64,000 nucleotides of DNA from Vermamoeba vermiformis (GCA_045837725.1 JBEWZL010000123.1:1-64000); one strand, 5' to 3'. Counted from the stretch's first letter, positions 24,401 through 37,524 are shown. A program made the numbers and translations. Notes: generated from the sequence alone by a model not told the origin.

Positions 24401-27400
24401 CCTGACACGCCACTTCGCAACTGCGTGTTCTCTTCGGTCAAACGTTGCAATTCTTTCTGCAATTCATCGCGCTCCTTGACAGCAGACGCGAGCTGAGTGC
24501 TCAAGTCGTCATTGCGGGCCTTGTGCTCGTCAATAAGTTTCTGCAGCTCGTCAGCCTTCTTATTGGCAGCTTCAAGCTGTTCTTTCAACGAGCCGTTCTC
24601 GGTTTCGAGGGCACTCTTGGCAGTTTCCAATTCAGTGAACGCCTTTTGTCGCTCCTCACGCAATGAAATCTCGCTGTCGAGTGAGGTTTGAAGTTGTTTC
24701 AGCTTGTCACTGTTCGCGCTGTGTTCTTGCTCGAGTTCAGTGATTTTCTTCGTCCTTTGTTCGAGCTCAGCTTGGAGTTGTTGTACTTGACCTTCAAAAT
24801 CGTGCACCTTGGCTTCGAGTTGAGTGTTCTTAGCACGCTCTTGCTCGAGCTGTGTGTTCAAGGCTTGAATATCGCCTTCGAGTTGGGCCTTGGCAGCCTT
24901 CAGTTCTTCGCGCAAGGTCTCAAGTTCCTTGGCAGCTGTCTCTTTGCTCGCTGACAATTCTTCTTGCAGCACTTTGATGCGCTCGTCCTTCTCGTTAAGC
25001 TCCTTTTGCGCCTGTTCGACACGTGTTTTCTGCTCGGCCAACAAAGCATTCAACGATTTAAGTTCTTCAGTAGCACCTTGCTGCGAGGCCTTTAACTCGT
25101 CGTACTGCTTCAAGTTCTCTTTCAGTTGAGCCATATCACGTGCCATCTCGTCCATCTTCGACTTGAGGTCTTCATTCTCGTTGTTGATGTTCTCGCGGAT
25201 GTCTTGGATCTTGATCGACTTCTGCTCTTGTTTGTTGAGTTCAGCTTTAAGTGCGCGGATCTCGTCTTGCAACTCTTTGTTTTCTTCGAAGAACTTGTTC
25301 AATTTGCTTTGCAGCTTCTGTTGTCGTTGATAAGAGATGACAGCAGCCAGCAACAAATTGACATTTTTGCGCGGAGTTGTGGAACCGCTCTCGCCTTCAA
25401 TCTTAGACAAAAGTGAAGTAGCCAACACCTTCTCAGTATTCTGACTCGGTGTCTCCTTGTCCTTGACATCTGTTTGGAGCTCATCGATCAAGCGGCGAGC
25501 GTCATCGAGCACTTTGTAGTTATCTGCAGGATTAACGTCGCTCAATGATCGTTCAATCATGTCAGTCAAATTGCTGTCGTCATTGTCGTCCAGGCCAGAC
25601 TTGCTGCCGTGTGACGTGGCCTATGAAATTTCACGAATGAGATCGCGACGAGATACAACCGTAATTTAAATCCTTACCTCTCTTAATTGAGCTTCCAATT
25701 GCTTGTTCTTCTTCTTAAGGGCCTTAATAGTCTCGTTCAAGTCTTCCAAGTCGTTCAGTTGTCGCTTCAAAGTGTAAACTTCTTCAGCCAAGTTCTCTTT
25801 CTCGCTTTCAAGTGCAGTATTGGTCTCTTGTAATGAGCTATTTGTAGTCTCGAGGTGTTCGATAGTGTCTTTGGCTTGTTGCAAATACAATTTGTACTCT
25901 TCCAAGCGTTCTTTCAGTTCTTGCATGGTCTCGAGTCCGTCAACATCGGGACCTCGTCTCAGCGCATTGACGCTGGTCTGCAGGTCCTTAATTGCTGCCT
26001 CTTTTTCTTTGAGCTCGGCTAGTAACGTTTGGTTCATTTTACCAGCCTCTTCGACCTCTCCTTGAAGAATCATGTTGCGCTACAAATATAACAACGGATC
26101 AATTTTAAGGGCCACAAAATCTTAATAGATACTACGTACTGTTTGTAAGCGCTCATTTTGAACGCGAATGTCTTCAGTATTGCGGAGTTTTTCTTCAGTT
26201 TCTTCGACTTTACGTTTAATGTTTTCAATCTCATTCAAAAGCTCTTCATTTTTCAGCAATAAAGCTTTGCCAATTTCAGCAGCCAAGTTCGCATCGCGTT
26301 CTTTTTCCTCGAGCAGCTTTGTCAGCCAATAAATCTTGCGCGAGGTATCAGGGCCTGAATCCTCATCTTCTAATAAGCGACGCGCAGATGGAGATCCTAG
26401 ATACTCCAAATGATCGTGTAAATTCTGTGCGCGTCCTGATGGAGATGAAGGAGGTGTTCCAGGATGATCTCCTTCTTCCTCTTCAGGTTGTCTAATTGCA
26501 AAAATTTCAGCAATGAAAAACCGATCAGGATCGGAAACAAAAATATCTTTCGAAATGAATCTTTTAAATTATTGCATGAAATTACCTTGACTCGCCGAGT
26601 TTATAAGCTGACACTGTTTTCAGATCCAAACTATTGATGCCTGGTGGCGGGGTTTTGCTGCGTGGCCGTTTGTCACGATCGTGCTCGCTCTTTGGCGTAG
26701 TAGTGCCGTCTGAGCCATTCTCAGACCTTTCCATTTCCAAAAGCTCCTGCAATTTACTATTTAAATTCTGGATGTCGCTCTGGTCGTAGATCCGTGGAGT
26801 AACTGGTGTCGGCGGAGTGGCTTTGTATCGATTTAAATTTGGTGATGATAGGCTTCTGTGGAACGGAGAAAACGGCTTTCTATATAAACTATCTACAATA
26901 TCTTCTTCTCTTAGTTCCAAGTGGTCCTGAAGTTAAAAAATCAATTAAATTGAGCGGGATCAAAAAAAAAAACACAAAAAATCTCCATTTAATTAATAAC
27001 ATGTTCTAGATTGGTACAGTTAATGTATTGATAAACAAAAATTAATAAATTATTTGCATTTTAATTACTTGGATAAGGAGATTATTCTTGGGTTGTCGAT
27101 CTCAAGCCCAAGATCACTTCAAGAACCGATGCAATTAGGACAAATAAGAAGTGAATAATATGCCGTGTAACCCTCCGCCACGAGGTAATGTTCAAATGTC
27201 ACAAATTTAATCTCGCTATTAAATTTTATAAACCTCGCCAAATAAAGGATATATGACCCAATACATGACAGTTTAAAGCGAGAATGTAATAATGGCGTTG
27301 TAATAATACAACAATTACATCAAATAAATGCTTTTAATGAGTGTCGCAGTCCGGATCCCGCTCAAAAACACTTACCACATTTTTTAAATATTTAGTATAA

Positions 27401-27685
27401 TTTCCCATTGTCTCCCAGTGGTCTAAATACATTCCGCGGTCGGGTTCAAACAATCTTCCGACTGTTCCCGCTTTTCGGTAATTTTCTGAAGGAAAAGATC
27501 TAAGTACAAAAATATTTACGATTTTACAACAAGATCTACGCACCTAAACCAAGGGACAATATGACATATGATATCGTTTCCTGTACTGTGAAATTTGGGT
27601 GTAACTGGACGATTTTAAAATCGTAGGGATACTGAAACGGAAACTTGATCTTCACGCTGATCTTCTTCTGTTGCTGTGGTTCCAT
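21434..27685 (-). CDS. Large fimbrin/plastin-family fusion: talin-F0-like Ubl, CC1 box, long coiled coil, four CH domains
   Basis: Fimbrin CH1-4 motifs (EEKAMALYINDML, EQILLRWINYHL, SREERAFCTWINSLG, NAKYIISIARKIGCFIFLVWEDIVEV). In-frame splice DTQ|ISDL joins the coil to CH1. First exons from ATG 27685 splice in frame into DHLELRE. Confidence 0.8.
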
Positions 27686-27962
27686 GATAATAATAAAATA
27701 AATATATTAATAAATAAAATATCGCTAATATATACAAAATTGTGCTTGACAAAACAGTCCGAACTGGACAATGACGAGAATAATTTTTCGCGGGCTATTG
27801 TTGGCAGCTCGCACAATTAATTTGAAAGCAGCTTTTCAAGAAAATTGCTGTAAACAGCAAACAACTTAATTTACATTGTACTAGTAAAGGAATACTGATT
27901 GCCACAGTCCTAATTATTTACAAGATCTGAACTTTATCTACAGTACACTCCGGAAGGTTATA

Positions 27963-29093
27963 TTACAGGTCCTTAGCATCAAATGCCAATAAAATATCAC
28001 CGATTTGACGAGCCACACGTAAATCGACCTGTGCTAAGTTTGTCAGCAGATCGAGCAAGGTGGTCGATTTCTCGTTCACTTGTCGCAACTGTCTTTCTTT
28101 CTCAGCAGAGGCAGGTAGTACGTGATACACTATCACAGCTCTCTTCGTAGAATCGTCACGTGCTAGTGAAAAAAACGAACACAGTTCTTGTTCTGCGAGC
28201 TGAAATTGCGCGTTCTCCGGTGAGAAACAACACGAGTGGATCACGACTGAACGAGGCTCGAGCGATTCAAACGTTATGCCTGCATCTTTTAGGTCCTGAT
28301 TATAATATACTATATCAATATCGTTGATAGACACGGCACTAGATCTGACGGGGAATATTTGCAAAGTCAACTTACCAAATGAACCGGTTTTATGCCGTAC
28401 GCTCCAAATATGCCCATATTGATAAATTTCGTTACCTAACGTCATATTAATATCCATTATAATACTTAACGAGATAAGGAAGCACGAGTGAGACTTACGT
28501 TTAGATCTTCAGTAAATTTCTCGTTCGCGTAAAGCCAGGTGTGATACATCATATTAACTTCGTTCCAATTCGAGCACATAAATTTCTGACACTCGCCAGG
28601 CCTCGGTTGCGTGCAGATACTAATATAGAACTCGATGCTGTTGCTGCTGTCATTTTGAAGCATATCTTTGATGGCCTCAACTAGTGCTTGTGGGACTTGC
28701 TTTATGAGTTTAGCGGGTATGACAGGCAGTTTGATTAATGTTAATAGCGTGCAGGGCGTGTAATCGTCGCCATAAACACCTGCAATATTTAAATTAAATT
28801 AGAAACTCGCAATAAAATATTACGGTTAAATACAATGAATTATTGGCCAAGTTTATGACTTTAAATAAATATTTTATCTGATAATTACCTGTTAAAGGCA
28901 CGCAAGGAAAGCCAAAAATATCGAATACAGAGATATCCATCGGATCTGGCGTTATAACATTTCCTTCACCATCAAATTTAATAGATAATTGAAACAAATT
29001 GTCTTCAAAGCTGCCCAGATTGATTTTGTTCTTTGTCCGCAGAAGAATTTTCGAGTTTTCAGATGCGCTCTTCCATTGCTCTTGATCAGCCAT
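27963..29093 (-). CDS. Hypothetical multi-exon protein
   Basis: ORFs 28794-29117, 28466-28663 and 27963-28457 separated by GT-AG introns. Confidence 0.5.
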
Positions 29094-29370
29094 CGGTTCG
29101 AGTCTAAATGATGGCACTTTAATAATTAAACTATTGGGCGTGTGGTTTTTTCAACAAAAGGATCCTTGAAATTGTTCCTTGAACGAACCAGCGACAGGGC
29201 CTGCTCGGGGCAGTTTCTTTTGAAAAATACCTCACAACGAGCAACACAACAACAATTAATATAGATCATTTGCACGAGGATCATTGCTTTATTAATGCTT
29301 TTCAAACCGTTGCACTAATTCAAGCTGAAGACTCAGGAATTAAATATTTTGAATTTTATTTAAAACAATT

Positions 29371-32300
29371 ATGGCTTGGCCCTATTCATTCTCTGGATAT
29401 CCAGGTAAGCAATCATAACCAAATCAATGCTTAATTAAATATTGATTACATCGTTTCGTATTTTTACACGCGTGCGGGATGTGAATTTGATAGAATTCCA
29501 GTTTACCAGCTTAATTCTGCTTTTTTACGTGTTAAATTAAATGACAATATTGTTAATTTGATCGTTTTAATATCATGATATAATCGCGAGGTCGACAGAG
29601 GTGGATTTAGGATTTAACACCTTTAGATTTCATTTATAATTAGAACAAATGCTGAAAATATATTCTAAACACTCACTTCTATAGATCCATTAAATCCATA
29701 TGGCTCAGCGCCTTATCCTCCCCCTGGAGGTCCTGGATTAGATCCGTTCTCGCCCATGTTCACCCCTGGAGCCCCCAGCATGGGTCTGCCACCAATGCCT
29801 GGCACATCACAGTACAATGCTCAAGCAACACCGACGTATTTGGGTCCTGGAGCACCTTATTCAACCCCAGGCAGTGGATATCCGCCAGGCTTGACGTCCT
29901 CGCCCTCGTACCCCGCCACTTCATCGCCGTCATATCCTGCTACTAGTTCGCCTTACTCGACCTCTTCCCCGTCATATCCAGCGACCTATGGCTCAACGTC
30001 ATCGCCGTACTCAACTACCAACACATCACCGTACTCGACTACCAATACGTCACCGTACTCAACTACCTATCCCTCGAGTACTTATGGCTCAACTTCAGGC
30101 ACGTCTTCGTACTCCTCGTCGAGTACTTATGGCTCAACTTCCACGTACAATCCTACGACACCTTCATCGACTTATGGTGGCACGTCTTCGTACACGACAC
30201 CGGGCTTGACGTCCTCACCCTCATATCCTGCCACTTCTACAGCACCTTATACAACTCCGTCGTATTCTTCAGGCACGTCTTCGTACTCCTCGTCGAGCAC
30301 TTACGGCTCAACTTCCACGTACAATCCTACGACACCTTCATCGAGCTACACACCCACTTACCCTTCAAGCACCTCTTCACTCCCGTATTCATCGTTCTCT
30401 GATCCGTACAGCTTGCCGTCGGTCACGTCATCGCCGTACTCGTTGCCGAGCTTGACTTCAACACCGTCAACTTACAACTTGCCGACAATGTCCAGTGCTC
30501 CTGCTTCAACAACATCTCCCGCATCGACTTACAACTCGTCGTATTCATTGCCTTCCACTACCATGCCGTCTTATTCGTTGCCTAGCACGACACTTAACAC
30601 GGGATTTTCATCGTCGTACTCACTGCCTTCAACGACGACTCCGAGTTATTTGACCACACCTGTGTCTACTTACTCCACTCCAAGCACATCATTGCCCGCA
30701 ACTACTGTTGGCGCAACAACCAACCTTGCCCCAACAACAAGTATATCACCCGTTCAAGCACAGCTTATTGCCCAGCACACCCAACAATTGCAAACTCAAT
30801 CAACCCCGTACCCTCAAATTACAACGGGAGCTACAACCACAACGCCCAGCACGAGCACTTACACCACGCAACCAACTGCTGGCACAACTAGTGCTGCCCC
30901 AACAACATTCCAGCCCGCTCAGCCGTCTGGTCAAGTGTCGGAGGTTGACAAGCTTAGACTGGAAAAGCTACGTTTGCAACAAAAAGAGAACGAGCGCTTG
31001 GAAGAACAATTGCGCAAGGAACGAGAGGCGCAAGAGAAGTTGCGAATGGAAATGGAAGTTAAGCGCCAAGAAGAGGCCAAGCAGAAGTTCTTGCAATTGC
31101 AACAGCAAAAGATGGAAGAAGAGAAGCGAAAACGCGAGGCACAACGCAAGATTGAAGAGCAACAGAAGTTGGAACTCGAGAAGAAACAACGTGAACTCGA
31201 GCTGAAGGCGCAAGCGATTGAAAAGACCAAGACGCCTGTCTCTTCACCCACTGCACCTAAACCTACTGCCCCGACATCTACCGTAAGCCCTTCATATTAA
31301 TATGTTATTAGTGTCACTAACTAACACGTGCCCAACAGACTGCCAGTCCTGAAGTCACGGACACGTTCTTCGGCTCGTTGATTGAGACATCAAAGAGCAT
31401 TGCTAGCAACTGCAAGAGATTGTCAACGTTGATTATGGAACAATACGACATTGTTATTCACGAAGGTTCTGCTGGTCGTTCGTTGATGCTGGATCTGATC
31501 ACCGTTGTTGATGGCACTTTGTCGCGAATGATCGGCATGTTGAATAACAACGTGATGAATATTGAAGACAACTTGCATGATTCAATCAGATTGGCTGCAT
31601 CCAATTTGAACGGCACGGTCCAAGCGCTGATCGGATGTGTCAAAAACGTGTCAGATGTGCAAAAGGCTGGATCCATCCCTGCTGAAGAACGCACCAAGCA
31701 AATGCGACAACACAACATTGCTGTCAGCTACGCCATCAAGAACCTCGTCGAAGAGTTGCAAAAATTGAAAGTTGCTGAGCGAGCAGATCCACACGCAGCT
31801 AAACTTCTTTCTGCGAATTCATTGGAAGAGGCCGAGAACATGTCTATTGCTGTCACTGCCACGCAGAATGCAATCGATGAAGTGCGCATTGCTCATATGC
31901 CCGTGACACCTCCTCCAAGACCACATCTGCCCTCGCCGCCTATCAGCAGTCCTAAGCGCAGACTCGACACGCAAGCGCGGTTGAATATTATGAACGCACC
32001 TGCTCCCGCTAAGAACGTCAAATACACCGAAGAACAGATTAAAAAAGTACGTAATTACTAATTCCGGTGCGAAATATTTTTGTTTTTGTTCGGTTCAAAT
32101 ATTATCGGTGGTTCAAAATCACACCACATTCGCACTAATAATGGCTAACCAAAGAAATTTCAAAATTAACTTCTGAATTTACCAGCTCGTATCAATTTTA
32201 TTTCCTTATTTGGAAAAACCTAAAACTTTCAATGTCTTTGGTTGAACTACAAATAATTATCCAGCCGCTAATTCTCATTTTTAGATTTCTGTTTTACAAC

Positions 32301-33909
32301 GTCGCCTCAAGAGCTGGATTGTCAGACGAAGAATGGCTCGCACACTTGAATTGATGCGTGGATCCGACGAAATGAAACAAACTCACCATCGATTCCGTGT
32401 GTTGAGTGAAATTATGGAGACTGAGGCTTCATATATGACCTCCTTAGAGATTTGCAAGAAGGTACGACTATATTTAAAACGTTCGTATGGTTAAACTAAT
32501 CTTTGCAAAAGTTTTTCTTGGATCCGCTCAGAGCTGCTTTGAACTCGAAGCCAATCTTGTCTATGGAGGACATTAAGACCATTTTTTCGTCTGTGGAAAT
32601 GATTCTTGGTTTCACCGTGCAAGTGAAGAGTCATTTAGAGGCACGCATGAAACAATGGCCCGCCGTGCAGAAATTAGGCGACATTTTCAAGGACCTCGTA
32701 AGTCAATTATAAGCTAATATATTATAAGCTCCTTTAATAATTAATAATTAGGCCCCTGCGATGAAAATTTATGCGGACTACGTGAACAAATTCGATGCCG
32801 CTATGGAGGTGTACAAAGAACGCATTCAAAAGCCAGCCGTTGCAGACTTCTTGCGCGATTGCATGACACGTGCCAACACACGCCTCGATTTGCCGTCATT
32901 TTTGATCATGCCCGTGCAACGCATGCCGCGCTACCAATTGTTGTTGAAAGAGCTGCTCAAGTTCACGCCCGAGTCGCACGTGGACCATCAAAACTTGAAA
33001 GAGGCAGCTGATGCCGTGACCGAGGTCAACGTGTACATCAACAGAAAGAAACAAGAACAAGACAATCGCCTCAAGATTGTGGCCTTGCAAGAGATGATCA
33101 AGTCCACCGTGCCACTCGTCTTAGTCGCGCCTCATCGCTTGTTCGTGCGACAGGGCCCGTTGTTTGTCAAGCGCAACAACGAGACTACGCCCGTTGCTTG
33201 TGTGGTACGTGACCTGCTTGATCTTTTCTAATTCTTCACGTGACTCATTCTCGGTGCCCATACAGGTGTTCATGTTCTCTGACTTGCTCATTGTCACCAC
33301 GCAAAACAAGACCAGCGACAAGAGCTTGAGCTTCAATTATGTGGATAAGCTCAACTTCGCGAAATGTGACTTCACTGATCTCGGCAACAGTACGTAGCTA
33401 GATCCGGGTTCTAATTCCGTTTGATCATGACTAACACTTGGATTATTATAGCTGATTTCAAGATTACTGAAGAGAAGAAAGTCATTACGTTCACCACTTC
33501 ATCGCCGGAAGAACAACGAGGCTGGGTGAAGGAGTTGCGAGAGACGATTGAAACCGTCAAGCTGCACTCACAATTCGACGGCGACATTAGCGACACGAAC
33601 AACTTCAAAGAGGGCTTTGTCTTGCTCAGCGCTACTTACGGTCAACTGCACAAACCTCGTCACTGCATCGATGTCACGAGTGCTTTGCAAAGCATTATCA
33701 AAGAACAGGGCGGTGCGATGCTGACGTTGAATGCGGACACGAAGAGCAAATTGCCTGGTTTCTCTGACCCTTCCAAGCACAAACTAATGCCGGGCTCGTC
33801 AACGCGCAAAAAGAATTCGTTGATGATTGTGTTCTCAGCGAACGGTCAAGTCAAAACGAGAACATTTGCGGACTCAGATCCGGTCAATTTGGACGCGAAC
33901 ACACCGTAG
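29371..33909 (+). CDS. RhoGEF (DH-PH) with Y/S/T/P-rich N-terminus, coiled coil, helical bundle, IQ-like motif and C-terminal DUF3395-like domain
   Basis: DH motifs VLSEIMETEASY, YADYVNKFD, LPSFLIMPVQRMPRYQLLLKELLK; PH motifs FMFSDLLIVT and EEQRGWVKEL; IQ-like LQRRLKSWIVRRR. Confidence 0.85.
29890..30345 (+). repeat. Coding tandem and dispersed repeats (TSSPSYPA, STTNTSPY, and a duplicated block of about 78 bp)
   Basis: GTSSYSSSSTYGSTSTYNPTTPSS encoded twice (about 30095-30170 and 30268-30343) with near nucleotide identity. Confidence 0.8.
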
Positions 33910-34073
33910 TATGCATGAGCCATATTGTGAATGCATTGTATTTGTAAAATAGATTTCATCGTTAATTTTACGTTTTTTTGATAACTTTAAATTTTGGGAT
34001 CTGCATTATTGGGCAGGTGTTTATTCATATTTGTCCTATTCGGTACAGCGAGTGTACAATTCAAAATTGAAAT

Positions 34074-35082
34074 TTAATCGATGCTTAATGTGAGGCACGA
34101 GTCCCAGACAGGTCTGTCTTTCTCAACGCAGAACTGTTGGAAATCGTGGAGACCGTCGCCGTTAGCCTTATTAGGGCCTGGATAGATATTCTTATTGACG
34201 AAGATGTTAATAGCCTCTGGCCACAACTTGCCGCCAATGCCTACTGCGTACATCTGGCCTGTGTAGGTTTGACCTTCTTGCAGTCTGTTCTCATAAGTGT
34301 TTGGCATATCAAATGATACATAGACTGGGCCCTGATAACAACACGTACGTTATGACATTATAGCTAAATTTGATTGTAACTAGATCGTGTACCTTACGAC
34401 GATGAGGATTGCGACTGTCGGTCTGTATAGTCACCAAAATTACGTGATCAAAGTCTGGAGCTGTGGTGATAGCATCTAGTATAATCTATGTGTCAGCATA
34501 ATATTCTCTGGTGGATGCGGTACTTACGCGTCATGAATCGGTTCAATTGTTGGTCTTCGTACAAATAATAGCCGAGACTGCCAGGTTGCACAATGTTGAT
34601 CATCTGGGCGTAGTTGACTTCCATCAAATTGATGGTCACCGAGTTGAACATGACTGTACTAAAAAAGCCTTGGAAGAATTGTGACTGAAAAGTCATAATC
34701 TGCCGGTTCATGAATTGTGGTAAGACGAATTCTATATCAATGTTAGTATTGTTTGATATATTTTGAAGATTAATTAAGTACCTGGAGCAACGCCATAGAC
34801 TGTTTCATTTCCGGATTGCATCGCTTTACAATATGCAGCCTTGACTTCGGGTTGCACAGAGACTTGGGCGACGACAATGTATTGATGAGGACATTCGAGT
34901 TCAGCAAGATGATAGATGAAAAAGTTATCGCAAAAGGTGTTGTAATTGGGACTGAAGAAGAGGAATCCGTGCGCAGTTTTATAATCGCAAGCGCTATCAG
35001 CAGGCACTACCATACTATTATGGCCTTTGTAGGCATAGCAACTCGTGGCTAGCAGAGCGAACAACAACAGCCCTCGAAACAT
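34074..35082 (-). CDS. Secreted hypothetical protein (multi-exon)
   Basis: Signal peptide MFRGLLLFALLATSCYA; exons 34774-35082, 34493-34711 and 34074-34330. Confidence 0.6.
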
Positions 35083-35629
35083 CCTATGAAGATAGATTCA
35101 GTCGTATTCTTTTAAGTTGTACTTAGGGTTAATTTTTCTTTCAAAGTAGGCTGCAGCCAACGTCGCATCGACAAATTTAAAGTAGATTTTACCAGATAAA
35201 GATAAAGGCATGCAACGTTCTTCGCCGTTAATCAACGTCGTTACAAATAGAACTTACACAAACTTGAGAAATTACGAGATGTGGTTCTTCAGCACAGAGG
35301 AGGAGATAAATTAGTTCCATATACAGTACAAAAGGCCTTTCTTAGGAAATTCTTAGGTCCTTGTCGGCGAGCCAATCGTTTTAAGCCAAGGTTTGCATCG
35401 CTTTCTAGAAAGCGAATTTTGTCGGCAACTTCCGCCCAAAATAGAAGTTAAAAATTTTCCTAATGTACTCAATAATATCAATGTTGTGTTTGCGTTGAGA
35501 TTTTCGACGAGAAGCTGCTTTCGTTTCAAAATTTAAGCGCGTTCGACCCAACTACAATACTAAGATCGATCAGCTCTTTACCACAATCAGCAACGACAAC
35601 GTTTTCTGCACTCCGTAGTCATAAAAACA

Positions 35630-35660
35630 AACTTACCGATGATCCAGAAGCTATCCCAGT
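35630..35660 (-). repeat. 31-bp exact copy of a trehalase exon end and splice donor (61582-61612)
   Basis: AACTTACCGATGATCCAGAAGCTATCCCAGT occurs at both positions. Confidence 0.85.
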
Positions 35661-35936
35661 TTCGTTAGGCTGGCCACATCGCGGCTGGCTTTGGAATATT
35701 ACGAGGATCGCGTCCCCTAACTAACTACAACCGGCTTAATGCATTTTTTGAAACTAATTGCAACAAATATTGTGATTAGATGGGAATTACAGTAGAAATA
35801 TGCATTGAATGCTTTGTTCGAGAAATTTGCTTCATTTATCGCATTTTATTTGAAATTTGGATCGGGTAATTATAAAACGCGAAACGGAAGCATTTTCAGC
35901 AAACATACAAAGTAAACACCACATTACTCACTAAAG

Positions 35937-37091
35937 ATGGGCGATGATATTGAAGAGGACCAATTTGACGAGATTTACAAAAGTAAGTTACAGATTTCGA
36001 CTGCAATTTGCAAATTTAAGTCGAAATTAATAATCTACCTTATAGACGTGTAATTTTATAAAATTAGCACTAATTTTAAATTGAGCTCGAGCAAATTACT
36101 TATTATTCAGTACGCGCAATGTCTTTATTTCAATTTATTAATTATTATTATTATTTTATAGTCGTCGTGATTGGTGATTCAGGCGTGGGTAAATCCAATA
36201 TAATTAGCCGCTACACAATGAATATTTTCAAAGAAGACTCGCTCACCACCGTCGGCGTCGAGTTCGGTCACAAAACTGTTGAGATCGACAACAAAGTCAT
36301 TAAAGCACAAATTTGGGATACTGGTACGTATAATAAATACTTTAATATCAACCAATTAAACTCTAATTATTTTCTTTTTCCATTGCAGCTGGTCAAGATC
36401 GGTTTAAGGCCTTAGTACGAGGGTAAGCTTAGTTGCATTTTATTCATTAATAGAAATATCGCTAGCTATATGATTAGAGTATAGTACTAACATCTTATTA
36501 TTATTCAGATACTATAGAAATGCAGTTGGAGGTTTGATCGTGTACAGCGTAACGGATCGCAACTCATTCGAACACCTCGAGAAGTGGCTCGAAGAATTGA
36601 CGAGCAACGCTGATGCAGGCATATTAGTGATGCTAGTTGGCAACAAATCTGACTTGGAGAGTGCTCGTAAAGTCACTACTCAAGAGGGCAAAGGTAAAGA
36701 AGATCCTCTCATTCAATTCTTCTAAAGCAATTACTTTTGAGACTATAGTGGTATTAATATGATTATACAGATTTCGCTATGAAACACGGTTTGAATTTCA
36801 TCGAGACCTCTGCTAAGATGGGCACGCAGATCGACGAAGCATTCAAGAGGATTATTCATGGTACGTAGTGCGCTGTTCAATTAATCTATGGACCGTATTA
36901 TTAATACTACTATTATTATATTAGAGATTTACGGCAAAGGCAAGAAGAAGTTGAAGACGGGAGGAGAACCAAGTCCCGCGCCAGTCACGCCCGGATTCAC
37001 GATCAAACCAGAGCCCGAGCCTGTTGAAGGCAGTGGCACTAATCCACCTGACAACGAACCTACTCAGAAGTGTCGTTGTTCAATCATGTAA
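35937..37091 (+). CDS. Rab11-subfamily small GTPase
   Basis: [44 protein letters not shown]-terminus CRCSIM. Confidence 0.9.
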
Positions 37092-37524
37092 ATACTACTG
37101 TAGTTAATTTATTATAAATTTTGACGCGAAATTTCCTTTAACGTTATGCTTTAATATTTATGGCAGCTAGTGGAGAATAGTGTCCGCAGCACGGTTAGCC
37201 TGGATCTATCCGATTCCTGCAGCTCGAATCCGTACTGATTGTTCCAAATGAACGCTATTATTGCTTCCATTTAGAACGCTTTCAGCCAAATAGTGCCCAC
37301 GAAATTCGACGGCGCTGTGTTGACGCCATAGAGTTTGTGAATCGAAGTAAACGGTAATATCTAATTCGATCCTAAGAGATAATCTGATAAATTATAATCC
37401 GGTCCTACAGAAGGTATACGCGGTGCTTGATGCAATCCAATTGCGGAGGCCGACTCCATGACGATGGAAGGCGGGATGGAGTTTCGTGCGTACGTTTTGC
37501 ATCTTCCTGCGACAGATACTGTTC

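Noticed and set aside
23576-26065. Many plus-strand ORFs opposite the coiled-coil exons
   Set aside because: Antisense shadows of biased E/K/Q/L codons.
27069-27140. Extra coding exon in the long intron of the fimbrin fusion
   Set aside because: Stops in the required frame; at most a non-coding alternative first exon, unsupported without transcripts.
29756-30400. RPB1 C-terminal domain
   Set aside because: Repeats are not YSPTSPS heptads and lie N-terminal in a DH-PH gene.
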